Positions 53,367-62,830 of a DNA stretch of 62,906 bases are shown in pieces. The stretch comes from an archaeon. GTDB taxonomy: Archaea > Thermoplasmatota > Thermoplasmata > WALJ01. Location: positions 1 to 62,906 of the forward strand of contig JAJRTH010000093.1 in NCBI GenBank assembly GCA_024278375.1. The letters are read 5' to 3'. Position numbers and translations under genes: made by a program. The notes below the pieces were generated by a model. It ran no database searches. It saw nothing but the letters and a program-made list of their open reading frames with translations, and had not been told where the DNA came from. How positions within the stretch are numbered: position 1 is the stretch's first letter; each line of letters opens with the position of its first letter.

Positions 53367-53906
53367 TCATTCCACATTTATGTCTTCCATCACCAGGGGT
53401 GTCGGGGTGCCGACCGATTCCACGTTTATCTCTTCCATCACCAGAGGAATCAGCGGATTGCCAGCGGATTCCACATTTATGTCTTCCATCACCAGTATCA
53501 CAGGCACACCCACGGATTCCACATTTATGTCTTCCATCACCAGAGGAAGAAGGTCCTCGCATGCGAGCATCTCAAGTATGTCGGCCGCGCCTTCCACGGT
53601 TATCTCGTCCATAACGGATATCGTCACCCCGCCGGCGGACTCGATGGTAATTTCCTCCATAACCAATGGAATCAGGTCTTCCAGACCAAGTTCCTCCAGA
53701 ATATCCGCAACGGTCTCGACATTTATCTCTTCCATCACCAGGATAATCGTTCCGTCCGCGACTTCCACATTTATCTCTTCCATCACATCAGTGACGGGTA
53801 CCGAAGTTTCTTCGGCCATTCCTCTCTCCATCGGGACCATCCCCATGATGAGGACAAGTCCCAGCACAGCCATAGCATACGCTCCCACATTATTTCTTTT
53901 TTGCAT
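53367..53906 (-). CDS. Putatively secreted protein with 8 VMEEINVE-type repeats
   Basis: GGAGG RBS; basic plus hydrophobic N-terminus; all repeat periods are multiples of 3 with synonymous or conservative changes. Confidence 0.75.
   Translation of the reverse strand: MQKRNNVGAYAMAVLGLVLIMGMVPMERGMAEETSVPVTDVMEEINVEVADGTIILVMEEINVETVADILEELGLEDLIPLVMEEITIESAGGVTISVMDEITVEGAADILEMLACEDLLPLVMEDINVESVGVPVILVMEDINVESAGNPLIPLVMEEINVESVGTPTPLVMEDINVE
53369..53789. repeat. Eight ~28-bp coding repeats (consensus ATTCCACATTTATSTCTTCCATCACCAG)
   Basis: Copies start at 53369, 53417, 53468, 53516, 53591, 53639, 53714 and 53762; periods 48/51/48/75/48/75/48. Confidence 0.9.
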
Positions 53907-54031
53907 TTTTTATGCCTCCCTATTGTCCGAAGACATCGAAAAAAGTAGGGGGTGATATTTAACATTAACTCTGTATTTTACAATATTGCAGGATTGTTAC
54001 GGTTGGTATCTCTCAAAGTAAAATATAATAT

Positions 54032-54349
54032 TCAGCCCATTCCCAGTCGAATAACGCCGCCAACTTTGGCGATTTCGTCAACAACCATGCCCAGTGCCAT
54101 GATACCCTGTGCCATAACTGTCGGAGCATAAGATTCTCTGTTCTCCATATCCTCCTCTTCAAAGCTCTGTTCTCCGGGGTATCTTTCCGCACCATCATGG
54201 AAAGATTTTCGAGATTCCAGTATCCCACAGCCTATCTTTGTGCTTGTGTCCACATCTCTGCTTATGTCTTCAGCTACCGCACCTTCCGGAATCAGGAGCA
54301 CCATTAGAGCACAGCAGCAGACCAGCACCACCCACATCTCTGTTCTCAT
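54032..54349 (-). CDS. Small putatively secreted protein
   Basis: GGAGGTGA RBS; signal peptide ending AVA-E; hydrophobic C-terminus. Confidence 0.65.
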   Translation of the reverse strand: MRTEMWVVLVCCCALMVLLIPEGAVAEDISRDVDTSTKIGCGILESRKSFHDGAERYPGEQSFEEEDMENRESYAPTVMAQGIMALGMVVDEIAKVGGVIRLGMG

Positions 54350-54497
54350 TTTTCTCACCTCCCGTAACAATTTCAGATAGAAGATTGCCATATACTTCTA
54401 TTTAATCCTATCTCTTTACTTTACCCTCTTGGGCAATTCTTATATACCGAGGCCCTAATACCCCAATATAATATTCAAGAAATCCCGAGGTGAATAA

Positions 54498-55601
54498 ATG
54501 AAATCGATAATCGAAGAAGCACTTTCAAGAAAGGAAAAAGCCCCTTCTGCATTTGAAAACATGGAAATGATATCAGACGAGGATAAAGAACTGGAAGAAA
54601 TCCTCAGAGGGTTGAGAACCAAGATAGTCATAATCGGTTTGGGCGGTGCAGGATCGAACACCGTGAACAGGATGATGGAGGAAGGGATCACAGGGGCCGA
54701 GCTTGTCGCGGCGAACACAGATGCCCAGCATCTTCTTACAATAAGGGCTCAGAGAAAGATACTGCTCGGAAGAAAGACCACGAGAGGTCTGGGGGCCGGT
54801 GCAGTTCCGATGATAGGCGAAAAAGCGGCGAAAGAGGCCGAAGACGAGCTAAGAGAAGTAATAAAAGGTGCGGACATGGTATTCGTTACCTGCGGACTGG
54901 GCGGCGGAAGCGGAACCGGCTCTGCGGGCTTCGTCGCCCAGATGGCCAGAGAGGAGGGCGCTCTGACAATCGCCGTCGTCACGACTCCGTTCAGGGCCGA
55001 AGGCGCTGCGAGGATGAAGAACGCCCAGTGGGGTCTGGAGAGGCTGAGAAGAGTGGCGGATACCGCAATCGTCATACCCAACGACAAACTCATAGAGCTG
55101 GTGCCCAGACTGCCTCTGAATGCGGCCTTCAAGGTTGCCGATGAGGTGCTTATGAGGTCCATAGGGGGAATAACCGAGATAATAACAAAACCCGGCCTTG
55201 TAAACCTCGATTTCAACGACCTCAAGACAATAATGAAGGGCAGCGGAGTGGCGATGATAGGCATAGGGGAATCGGAGGCTATGGGAGACAACAGAGCGCT
55301 CGAAGCGCTGGAAGAGGCCATAAATTCGCCACTCATCGAAGCGGATATAAGTGATGCCACCGGAGTGCTTGTCAATGTCACGGGCAGCATGGATATGACG
55401 GTCACAGAGGCCCAGAAAGTGGCCGAGGAGATACAGAAGAGGGTCAGGAAGGACGCCAGGATAATATGGGGCGCCTCCATAGACCCGAGCCTCGAACACA
55501 AATTGAAGGTGATGGTCGTCATAACAGGTGTCAAATCCAGACATATCGTCGGCAAGGGAGACCTCGAAGTAAACACAGAGGGCATTGATGTAGTTGCATA
55601 A
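54498..55601 (+). CDS. ftsZ: Cell division protein FtsZ
   Basis: GLGGAGSN, NTDAQHL, GLGGGSGTG, NLDFND. Confidence 0.97.
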   Translation: MKSIIEEALSRKEKAPSAFENMEMISDEDKELEEILRGLRTKIVIIGLGGAGSNTVNRMMEEGITGAELVAANTDAQHLLTIRAQRKILLGRKTTRGLGAGAVPMIGEKAAKEAEDELREVIKGADMVFVTCGLGGGSGTGSAGFVAQMAREEGALTIAVVTTPFRAEGAARMKNAQWGLERLRRVADTAIVIPNDKLIELVPRLPLNAAFKVADEVLMRSIGGITEIITKPGLVNLDFNDLKTIMKGSGVAMIGIGESEAMGDNRALEALEEAINSPLIEADISDATGVLVNVTGSMDMTVTEAQKVAEEIQKRVRKDARIIWGASIDPSLEHKLKVMVVITGVKSRHIVGKGDLEVNTEGIDVVA

Positions 55602-55602
55602 C

Positions 55603-56442
55603 ATGGTCAGGATATTCGATGGAAAAGAGCTCTCTGGAGCAATCGAGAAAGAGATAAAGAGGAGATTGGCGGCTCTGGGAAACCCGGAGCTTCATCTTCA
55701 TACCATTTTGATAGGAGATAACGAGGGTTCGGAGATATACATAAGGATGAAGGAGAGGAGTCTGAAAAGGATCGGCGGGAAGATTTTCGTCCACAGATTT
55801 CCCTCCTCATCAACCGTGGCCGAAATAGTCCAGCACATCCGAAAACTGAATTCCGACCCCGAGGTCCACGGAATAATGATGGAACTTCCCCTGCCCGGCG
55901 GATTCGAGGTTTCCGATTTTTCGTCAGAAATCGATCCCGCAAAGGACATAGATTGTTTTCATCCTGAGAATGTCGGACTTGTTCTCCAGGGAAATCCCCG
56001 ATTCTCGCCACCGACTCCGTCTGCTGTAATGAGGGTCATAAGGGAATCCGGCACAGAACCGAAGGGTGCGGAGGTCTGCGTGGTGAATCACAGCCCGTCC
56101 GTGGGAAGGCCGCTGGCAATGCTCCTCCTCAATGAAAACGCCACCGTTCACATCTGCCACGTATTCACGAAAAACTTGAAGAAACACACGGAAGAGGCGG
56201 ATGTCATCGTGGTTGCTGCGGGCGTTCCGGGATTGATAAAGGCGGAGATGGTGAAAGAGGGAGCAGTCGTTGTGGATGTGGGGATGAACAGGGTGAACGG
56301 AAAGGTGGTTGGTGACGTGGATTTCAACGCGGTCTCGGAAAAAGCCCACTTCATAACACCGGTTCCCGGAGGGGTCGGACCCGTGACAAGATACACACTC
56401 CTTGAGAACCTTGTAAAGGCCTATGAGTCGGGGATGAAATGA
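55603..56442 (+). CDS. folD: Methylene-THF dehydrogenase/cyclohydrolase
   Basis: KDIDC, VGRPL, DVGMNR, TPVPGGVGP. Confidence 0.93.
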   Translation: MVRIFDGKELSGAIEKEIKRRLAALGNPELHLHTILIGDNEGSEIYIRMKERSLKRIGGKIFVHRFPSSSTVAEIVQHIRKLNSDPEVHGIMMELPLPGGFEVSDFSSEIDPAKDIDCFHPENVGLVLQGNPRFSPPTPSAVMRVIRESGTEPKGAEVCVVNHSPSVGRPLAMLLLNENATVHICHVFTKNLKKHTEEADVIVVAAGVPGLIKAEMVKEGAVVVDVGMNRVNGKVVGDVDFNAVSEKAHFITPVPGGVGPVTRYTLLENLVKAYESGMK

Positions 56443-56657
56443 TAGACTGCAGGATAGTCCTGGAATACGGAAACGAATATATCGCCAGGGCGGTGTTTGG
56501 ATCGGTAGAACTTGACAATAAGGGGTTTATTTCCGGAAAAGTGGAGGATAAGAGGATTGTTTTCGAAATATCGAGCGAAAATCCGATGTCTCTCTCGCAC
56601 ACAGTAAATGACCTTCTGGCATGTGTGAAGGCAGCAGAAAGCTCTCTGGCGCTCTAA
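56439..56657 (+). CDS. Second Pcc1-family protein (probable KEOPS Pcc2)
   Basis: SVELDN..SLSHTVNDLLACVKAAE. Confidence 0.75.
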   Translation: MIDCRIVLEYGNEYIARAVFGSVELDNKGFISGKVEDKRIVFEISSENPMSLSHTVNDLLACVKAAESSLAL

Positions 56658-57346
56658 AGTCTCTTTGAAGTGCTGACTCCGCCTGTGGTTTTACCTTCCA
56701 TCCGGTCTGCTCTAAGGGTATATTCCCTGGCCTCTCTCTCATGATACTTCACTTTCTCGAGAAGTTCAGCGGCCTTTTCCCGGTAGCCAAGGGCCTTTTC
56801 TCTCAAATCCGCTGCCTTTGCCTTGTGTGCCTCGGCTTTTGAAAGGAGTTTTGTCCTCTTTGCCTCGTATTTTGCAGCCTTGGCCTCGAGCCTGTTGGCC
56901 TTGGAACCTTCCTCTATTTTAGCCTCCTCCGCCAATTCCTGGGACTTCTCAAGGGCCTCCTCCGCTTTTTCCTCGAGTTTTTTGGCCTTTTCCTCGTGTT
57001 TCACCGCTTTGGCTATAAGCGACTTCGCCTTGGCCTCGTATTTTCTGTTCTTCGCCCTGTACTTCGACGCCTTCTTCGTGGCAATGGCGGCGAGCTTCCT
57101 CATCTTGGCCACATCCCGCGTCTCCTGGATTATGAATTTTTCCTGATGTGCCTCCTCCAGCGTCTTCTTTTCCTCATACAGGGGCTTCCTGTCCTCTTCG
57201 GCGGATCTTTCAGGAACCACATCCTCATCGAGTATGGAGGAGACATCCTCATCCTCAACAAAATCATCCTCTCCACCTATTTTCTCATCTTCGAGTCTCT
57301 TTAATCTCGCAGAATCCTTTTTTATGACCATGAAATCACCGGGCAT
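56654..57346 (-). CDS. Lys/Ala/Glu-rich coiled-coil hypothetical protein
   Basis: Acidic N-terminus, 7-periodic KA.K...KA repeats, internal duplication KYEAK. Confidence 0.7.
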   Translation of the reverse strand: MPGDFMVIKKDSARLKRLEDEKIGGEDDFVEDEDVSSILDEDVVPERSAEEDRKPLYEEKKTLEEAHQEKFIIQETRDVAKMRKLAAIATKKASKYRAKNRKYEAKAKSLIAKAVKHEEKAKKLEEKAEEALEKSQELAEEAKIEEGSKANRLEAKAAKYEAKRTKLLSKAEAHKAKAADLREKALGYREKAAELLEKVKYHEREAREYTLRADRMEGKTTGGVSTSKRL

Positions 57347-57363
57347 ACATAGACATCATAGAT

Positions 57364-58086
57364 TTAAGCCTTTTTATTGTACAGGCACATCTCTTTAAGC
57401 GGACATCCCCTGCAATCCGGTCTTTTCCTGCAATGTCTCTTACCCAGTTCAACGAGGAGCGCATGATATTCGTTGTATGGCTCATGGTCCTCGGGCATAC
57501 CGTTCTCGAAGAGTTCCTGTACGGCATCGTAATCTCTCTTTTCGATTAAACCGAGCCTCTCAAAAATACGGAAAGTGTAGGCATCCACCACGAACTTCGG
57601 TTTTTTGGCCGCATAGAGTATTATCGAATCCGCAGTTTCCTTTCCGATGCCTTTCACCGAAAGAAGAGCCTTTCTCAGGTTTTCCGTGTCGAGGGAAAAC
57701 AGGCTCTCCAAGTTGCCGTAGTTCTCAAGAACAAAGCACGAAAAATCCTTCAACCGCATGGATTTCTGCCGGAAATAGCCAGAAGATCGTATGATTTTCT
57801 GCAGAATCTCAATATCAATCTCCGCAATCGCCTTCAGGTCCAGAAGACTCTCTTCCATGAGGGCAAAAAGCGCCTTTTCCACATTTTTCCATGAACTCTG
57901 CTGTGTCAGTATTGCTCCGAAGGCAATCTCTATTCTCTGAGTTTCGGTCCGGGGGTATGAAAAATCATCCGGATGATATCCCTGACCACCATCTGAATAT
58001 ACTGGCCACCATCCCTGAGGTCCGAAGGAGGAGCGCAGTTTTTCGTATATGTAGATTACTGGGTTGATTCTATTGCTATCCTGCAT
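57364..58086 (-). CDS. HhH-GPD endonuclease III-related glycosylase
   Basis: GPQGWWP, GAILTQ, KGIGKETADSI, VVDAY, Fe-S cysteine motif. Confidence 0.88.
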   Translation of the reverse strand: MQDSNRINPVIYIYEKLRSSFGPQGWWPVYSDGGQGYHPDDFSYPRTETQRIEIAFGAILTQQSSWKNVEKALFALMEESLLDLKAIAEIDIEILQKIIRSSGYFRQKSMRLKDFSCFVLENYGNLESLFSLDTENLRKALLSVKGIGKETADSIILYAAKKPKFVVDAYTFRIFERLGLIEKRDYDAVQELFENGMPEDHEPYNEYHALLVELGKRHCRKRPDCRGCPLKEMCLYNKKA

Positions 58087-58562
58087 GGTGTCGGCATCTT
58101 CATGGATGCTTTTTTGAGAGCCTTCTTCGCAGATTCCACACTCTCCCTGTTCACGAAGACGGAAACCACCTTCTGGCCCGGCTTCACCCTTGCGGCAGTG
58201 CCTATCGGAGAACCGAAGGACCTCCTCATTCCCTGAGAAACCCTATCTGCTCCGGCCCCAGTGGCCTGCTTGTTCTCTCTGAGCACATGATGCGGATATA
58301 TCCTTATCTTCATCCGGTAATTGGCACTCCCGACATTTTTGTTCAGGAATCGGTTGGCGGATATACGGGCTGCTTCCAGGGCAGTATGTCTGATCTGGCA
58401 TGCCTCTTCCACTATAAGGGAAACCTCAACCTGAAAGTCGGCCGACAGATTGCCCAGGTCAAACTGGGTTATCCTGGGATTGGGTATTCCACCCATGTAT
58501 TCTTTTCTCGTATATGCAGGACCGGATATCTTTGTGTACATTCTACCGGGTTTTCGGGCCAA
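58056..58562 (-). CDS. rpl10e: 50S ribosomal protein L10e (uL16)
   Basis: LEAARI, LRENK.ATGAGADRVSQGMR. Confidence 0.96.
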   Translation of the reverse strand: MARKPGRMYTKISGPAYTRKEYMGGIPNPRITQFDLGNLSADFQVEVSLIVEEACQIRHTALEAARISANRFLNKNVGSANYRMKIRIYPHHVLRENKQATGAGADRVSQGMRRSFGSPIGTAARVKPGQKVVSVFVNRESVESAKKALKKASMKMPTPCRIAIESTQ

Positions 58563-58848
58563 TAAATCACCTCAGCCCTCCCCCATCTACGAACCCTATT
58601 TATACGTTTTGTTTCGGCATACGGTTTTTTCGATGCAAATAGCAGACACCAATGATATGATAATTAAGGAACGGATGTAAGGTGTCGGGACGAGTGAAAT
58701 TCCGCAGGAATTTCACGAGTTAGACTCTTTTCACGGAAAGAGTAATAGACATACGCATGTGGCCGAAAGGAGCAAGCGGGTATCGGGAGGAGCAAAACAC
58801 CGGGTATTTTGTGATTATGTCTTTTTACACAGTAAAAAACCTGTGGGC

Positions 58849-58866
58849 GCCTGCACTTGAGCAGGC
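58849..58866 (-). terminator. Hairpin followed by a T-tract downstream of tRNA-Gly
   Basis: GCCTGC/GCAGGC stem, then TTTTTT on the minus strand. Confidence 0.45.
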
Positions 58867-58872
58867 CGAAAG

Positions 58873-58946
58873 TGCGGGTGCCGGGATTTGAACCCGGGTT
58901 AGAAGCTTGGCAAGCTCCAGTGATAACCAGACTACACTACACCCGC
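58873..58946 (-). tRNA. tRNA-Gly(GCC)
   Basis: GCGGGTG/CACCCGC acceptor stem, anticodon loop TTGCCAA, GGTTCAAATCC T-arm; CCA not encoded. Confidence 0.96.
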
Positions 58947-58998
58947 ATCTGGCCTGAGGGCATAAAAGAAAGGGGTTTAAAAGACTTTCTTACAGGCA

Positions 58999-59586
58999 TC
59001 ATCTGGGACCCATCTCTATTTCTCCTCTTCTGAGCTTTTTTGCCTCAGTCAGGCTCAAAACCTCCTTCCGCGCCTTTTTTGAGAGAATGGCGCTGTTCCC
59101 GTATGGGTCTTCAATAATCACGGTGAATCGCACGGAGCCCTTCCTTGCCTCATCGATTTTCTTTATTCTTTTTCTGACCTCTTCCTCGTTTTCATACTCC
59201 AATCCCTGGAGGACCTCCCTAACCCTCATAAGGACACCTTCTATGTTGTAAACAAAAGATTCCGACGCGGGTCCGGGCTCTATGGTTATTCCCAGTTCAG
59301 GTATTCTGATGGTTCCAGAGGTGGAGCGCACGATACGCGCATCGATATCTTCCCTGCATTCCACCTCCATAATGTATCTCACCGGCTCATTCTGTTCAAG
59401 CAGGATTATATCCGCCCGCTTGAATCCGCATTCCGGGCACTTTATCGTGGTTTCCATGGCCTCCCCGAGCATGGGTATGTCGAGTACCGCCACGATGCTT
59501 TCGAGGGGATGAGAGCCACAGGCCGGACATTCCTGCGGCACCTTTGTTTCGGTGACCTTCTTTATTATGGGTGACTACGATTCCAT
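58999..59586 (-). CDS. ZPR1-related zinc finger protein, in-frame TAG at codon 4 (59575-59577)
   Basis: CPAC..CPECG, VRSTSGTIRIPELG, EDPYGNS; the upstream frame reads MES*SPIIKKVTETKVPQEC. Confidence 0.88.
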
Positions 59587-59742
59587 ATCCGGAGATAGGT
59601 GCAGCGGATATAACTCATTCGCCAAGGCGAATATAATCAGAATATTTTTATATTTTTAAACTTGCCAGAGATAATAGAAAAATATAAATATTATAAAGCC
59701 TATTGCTGGATGGAGAAATCATTCTGCAAAGGAGGAAAAGGT

Positions 59743-59964
59743 ATGGTCATGGAAGAAATAAACGTGGAAACCGCAAAGAAAATATGCAGTGAAAAGGGAT
59801 TGAAACCAGCTAAGGTAAAGGGAACAATGGGGATACAGTTCACGAAGGGAAATAATCCGAGGCTCGAGGTAATTGACTGGGACGAGTTTGAGAAACTTCT
59901 GAAAGAGCGCGGTCTTGCAATATACGAGAGCAACGGCTGGATGAAGATCATGAAGAAGAAATAA
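59743..59964 (+). CDS. Small basic hypothetical protein (73 aa) beginning MVMEEINVET
   Basis: GGAGG RBS at 59731-59735; KGLKPAKVKGT..IDWDEF; T-rich terminator-like tract after the stop. Confidence 0.8.
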   Translation: MVMEEINVETAKKICSEKGLKPAKVKGTMGIQFTKGNNPRLEVIDWDEFEKLLKERGLAIYESNGWMKIMKKK

Positions 59965-60033
59965 ACCTATTAACTAATTTTATATTTTTTCTATAAAAGA
60001 AAGGTTTTTAATCCATGGTGCGATGGTGTGCGG

Positions 60034-61677
60034 ATGCCGACCATAAATTTCAGCAAAAACGACCTTCTAGACCTCCTCGGAGGGCGCGACGATTTCCCGG
60101 ATATCCTGCCCCTTACAGGCATCCAGATAGAGGCAATCGAAGAGGATGACATGGCGGTTGAGATCGAAGCCAACAGACCCGACATGTTCTCAGTGGAAGG
60201 GATAGCCAGGTATCTGAAGGGATTTCTCGGCATAGAGAAGGGATTTGTCGAATATCCTGTTGTCGAAGGCGACTTCACTGTCTATGTGGACAGAACTGTG
60301 GAAAAAGTGAGGCCGTATATAGGCGCTGCCCACATATCCGGGATACGGATGGATGATCGTCTCATAAAGAGCCTCATGGATCTCCAGGAGAAGCTCCATG
60401 CCACCGTCGGGCGGAAGAGAAAGAAACTGGCCATAGGCGTCCATGATTCGGCGAGAATCGGAAGGGAGATAATATATAAGGCGGTACGACCAGAAGAAAT
60501 CAGCTTCGTGCCACTCGCAAAGGAAGAAGAGATGAACCTGAGGGAAATCCTCGAAAAGCACGAAAAAGGCAGGGAATACGCCCATCTTCTGGAAGGAAAA
60601 GAGAGGTGGCCTATATTGATGGACTCGGAGGAGAACGTACTTTCTTTCCCACCTGTCATCAACGGCCAGCTGACAGCCTTGAACAAAGAAACAAACGAGA
60701 TATTCATAGACATGACGGGCACCGACCTGAAAGTCATAAAGTCGGCCCTAGCGATATTCTGTGCGGCTCTTGCCGACAGGGGCGGGCGAATAGAGAGCGC
60801 TCTGCTGAGATATCCGGATATGGAACTCGAGATGCCCGATATGGTCGGCGAGGAGATGGACGTTTCACTGGATTATGTTTCCACCCTTATAGGGGTGAAA
60901 ATCCCCGAGAACGACGCCATCGAACTGCTAGAAAAGGCCAGATTCTCGGCAGAGGTCTTGGATAGGGCCATACGGGTGAGAATTCCGCCTTACAGAGTGG
61001 ATGTGTTGCACCCGGTCGATATCGCCGAGGAAATAGCTATCGCCCACGGCTATCGAAACCTCGCCCCAGAACTCCCGAAAAGTGTAACGTTCGGCAGGAG
61101 ATTGGAAGAGCACAGACTGAAAGAGGCGTTTAAGGAGAGCCTCATCGGCCTGGGCTTCAACGAGATAGTGACCCTCACGCTAACCAACAACGGAGATCAG
61201 TTTGAAAAGATGGGAATCCGTGAGGGAGAGGCGGTCAGAATAAGAAATCCGATAACGGAATTTCACACATCGGTCAGAAGGTGGCTGCTCCCGTCGATAA
61301 TGTCGACGCTCTCGAAGAACCGGCACAGGGACCTGCCCCAGAGGATATTTGAATTGGGAGCCGTGGTTTACGACGACGGAAAAAACAGAACCCATCTGGC
61401 AGGTGCGGTCATGGATGACAGGGCCTCGTTCACCTTGATAAAGTCGGTAGTGGAGCGCATCATGGAAGACACGGGCAACAAACTCACTGTCTCGGAAAAA
61501 GAGCACCCTTCATTTATAGATGGCAGATGCGCTTCAATAATTGTCGAGGACAGGGAAGCGGGATTCTTCGGCGAAGTATCTCCACGAATTCTGGCAAATT
61601 TCGAACTCGAGCATCCGGTATCCGCGTTCGAGATTTTTTTCGATGCCATCGGACCACGAAACCACTTTCTGGGATAA
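60034..61677 (+). CDS. pheT: Phenylalanine-tRNA ligase beta subunit
   Basis: NRPDM, QEKLH..GRKR, SFPPVIN, PPYRVDVLH.VDIAEE. Confidence 0.95.
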   Translation: MPTINFSKNDLLDLLGGRDDFPDILPLTGIQIEAIEEDDMAVEIEANRPDMFSVEGIARYLKGFLGIEKGFVEYPVVEGDFTVYVDRTVEKVRPYIGAAHISGIRMDDRLIKSLMDLQEKLHATVGRKRKKLAIGVHDSARIGREIIYKAVRPEEISFVPLAKEEEMNLREILEKHEKGREYAHLLEGKERWPILMDSEENVLSFPPVINGQLTALNKETNEIFIDMTGTDLKVIKSALAIFCAALADRGGRIESALLRYPDMELEMPDMVGEEMDVSLDYVSTLIGVKIPENDAIELLEKARFSAEVLDRAIRVRIPPYRVDVLHPVDIAEEIAIAHGYRNLAPELPKSVTFGRRLEEHRLKEAFKESLIGLGFNEIVTLTLTNNGDQFEKMGIREGEAVRIRNPITEFHTSVRRWLLPSIMSTLSKNRHRDLPQRIFELGAVVYDDGKNRTHLAGAVMDDRASFTLIKSVVERIMEDTGNKLTVSEKEHPSFIDGRCASIIVEDREAGFFGEVSPRILANFELEHPVSAFEIFFDAIGPRNHFLG

Positions 61678-61708
61678 GATTATTATTGTATGATGTTATC
61701 CTGGACCG

Positions 61709-62716
61709 ATGGCCATCGTTTATCATCCGGAATATGCCACCCATATCCAGTTCAGACATCATCCGGAATCACCCGAAAGACTCGAGTACATAATGAGGAA
61801 AATCGCCGGCCTGAAACTATCTCAGGAGATAACGACACCGGAGCCAGCCACCGAGGAAGACATCCTCACGGTGCACACAGAGAAATATCTGAATTTCATA
61901 AAGAACTTCGGCACCGGATATCTTGATGGCGACACTTACATAAGGGAGGGGACCTACGAAGTCGCACTTCTTGCTGTCGGGGGCGCAATAAGCGGTGTAA
62001 GCGAAAGTTTTTTCGGGAACAAACCGGTATTTTCCATTGTCAGGCCACCGGGGCACCACGCCGGACCGGACCACGGAGGAGGGTTCTGCTATTTCAACAA
62101 TGCCGCCATCGGTGCGAAGAGAGCGCTCAAGATGTCGGAGAGGGTGGCGATATTGGACATAGATGCCCACCACGGTAACGGCACGCAGGAGATATTCTAC
62201 GAGAGTCCGGAGATACTCTATATCTCACTACACGAGTGGGGGATATTCCCGGGTACGGGGTTCCACACTGAGGTCGGTGCAGGCAGAGGGAAGGGATATA
62301 CCGTGAACATACCACTTCCGGCCCGCAGCGGAGATTCGACATATGAGGAGGCATTCAACACCATAGTCATGCCGATTCTGGAGCAGTTTATGCCCAACAT
62401 AGTGGTTGTAAGCATCGGTGTGGATGCACATTACAAGGACATAATGACCGGCCTGGATCTGTCCAGCGCAGGTTATCTGTCCATAGCCAGGAAACTCCTG
62501 GAATTCTCGGAGGAATATTGTAACAGAAGGCTCGTTTACGTGCTCGAAGGCGGATATAACGGACTCGCCCTATCGGAGGTTGTGGGGGGTGTGATTTCCA
62601 TGTTCGAGGGGAAGGACATACCTCTTCAGTACGAGGATGTCCGCGATACAAGCATAAAGGGTAAAGAATATATAGAAAAATCTAAAAAAATTCTTTCGAA
62701 ATACTGGAAATTATGA
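61709..62716 (+). CDS. Histone deacetylase family protein
   Basis: HPESPERL, RPPGHHA, GFCYFNN, DIDAHHGNGT, LEGGY. Confidence 0.95.
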   Translation: MAIVYHPEYATHIQFRHHPESPERLEYIMRKIAGLKLSQEITTPEPATEEDILTVHTEKYLNFIKNFGTGYLDGDTYIREGTYEVALLAVGGAISGVSESFFGNKPVFSIVRPPGHHAGPDHGGGFCYFNNAAIGAKRALKMSERVAILDIDAHHGNGTQEIFYESPEILYISLHEWGIFPGTGFHTEVGAGRGKGYTVNIPLPARSGDSTYEEAFNTIVMPILEQFMPNIVVVSIGVDAHYKDIMTGLDLSSAGYLSIARKLLEFSEEYCNRRLVYVLEGGYNGLALSEVVGGVISMFEGKDIPLQYEDVRDTSIKGKEYIEKSKKILSKYWKL

Positions 62717-62830
62717 TTTTTTAATATTTTTCATATCTTATCGCATAAAACCACCTTTTCCCCTCTGTTTTTCGGGTCTAAAAGCGAAAAGTTTAAAAAC
62801 CCCCTTGTAATAGGGGTGGCGGTGACAAAA

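Noticed and set aside
53369..53789. CRISPR array
   Set aside because: The spacers are about 20 or 47 nt and resemble each other. All periods are multiples of 3, the variation is synonymous or conservative, and no cas genes are nearby, so this is a coding repeat.
53353..53955. Plus-strand ORF with STFMSSIT repeats
   Set aside because: Antisense shadow of the minus-strand gene, which has an RBS and a signal-like N-terminus.
58873..58946. Provirus or island integrated at tRNA-Gly
   Set aside because: No integrase and no duplicated tRNA 3' end were seen, and the flanking genes are housekeeping.
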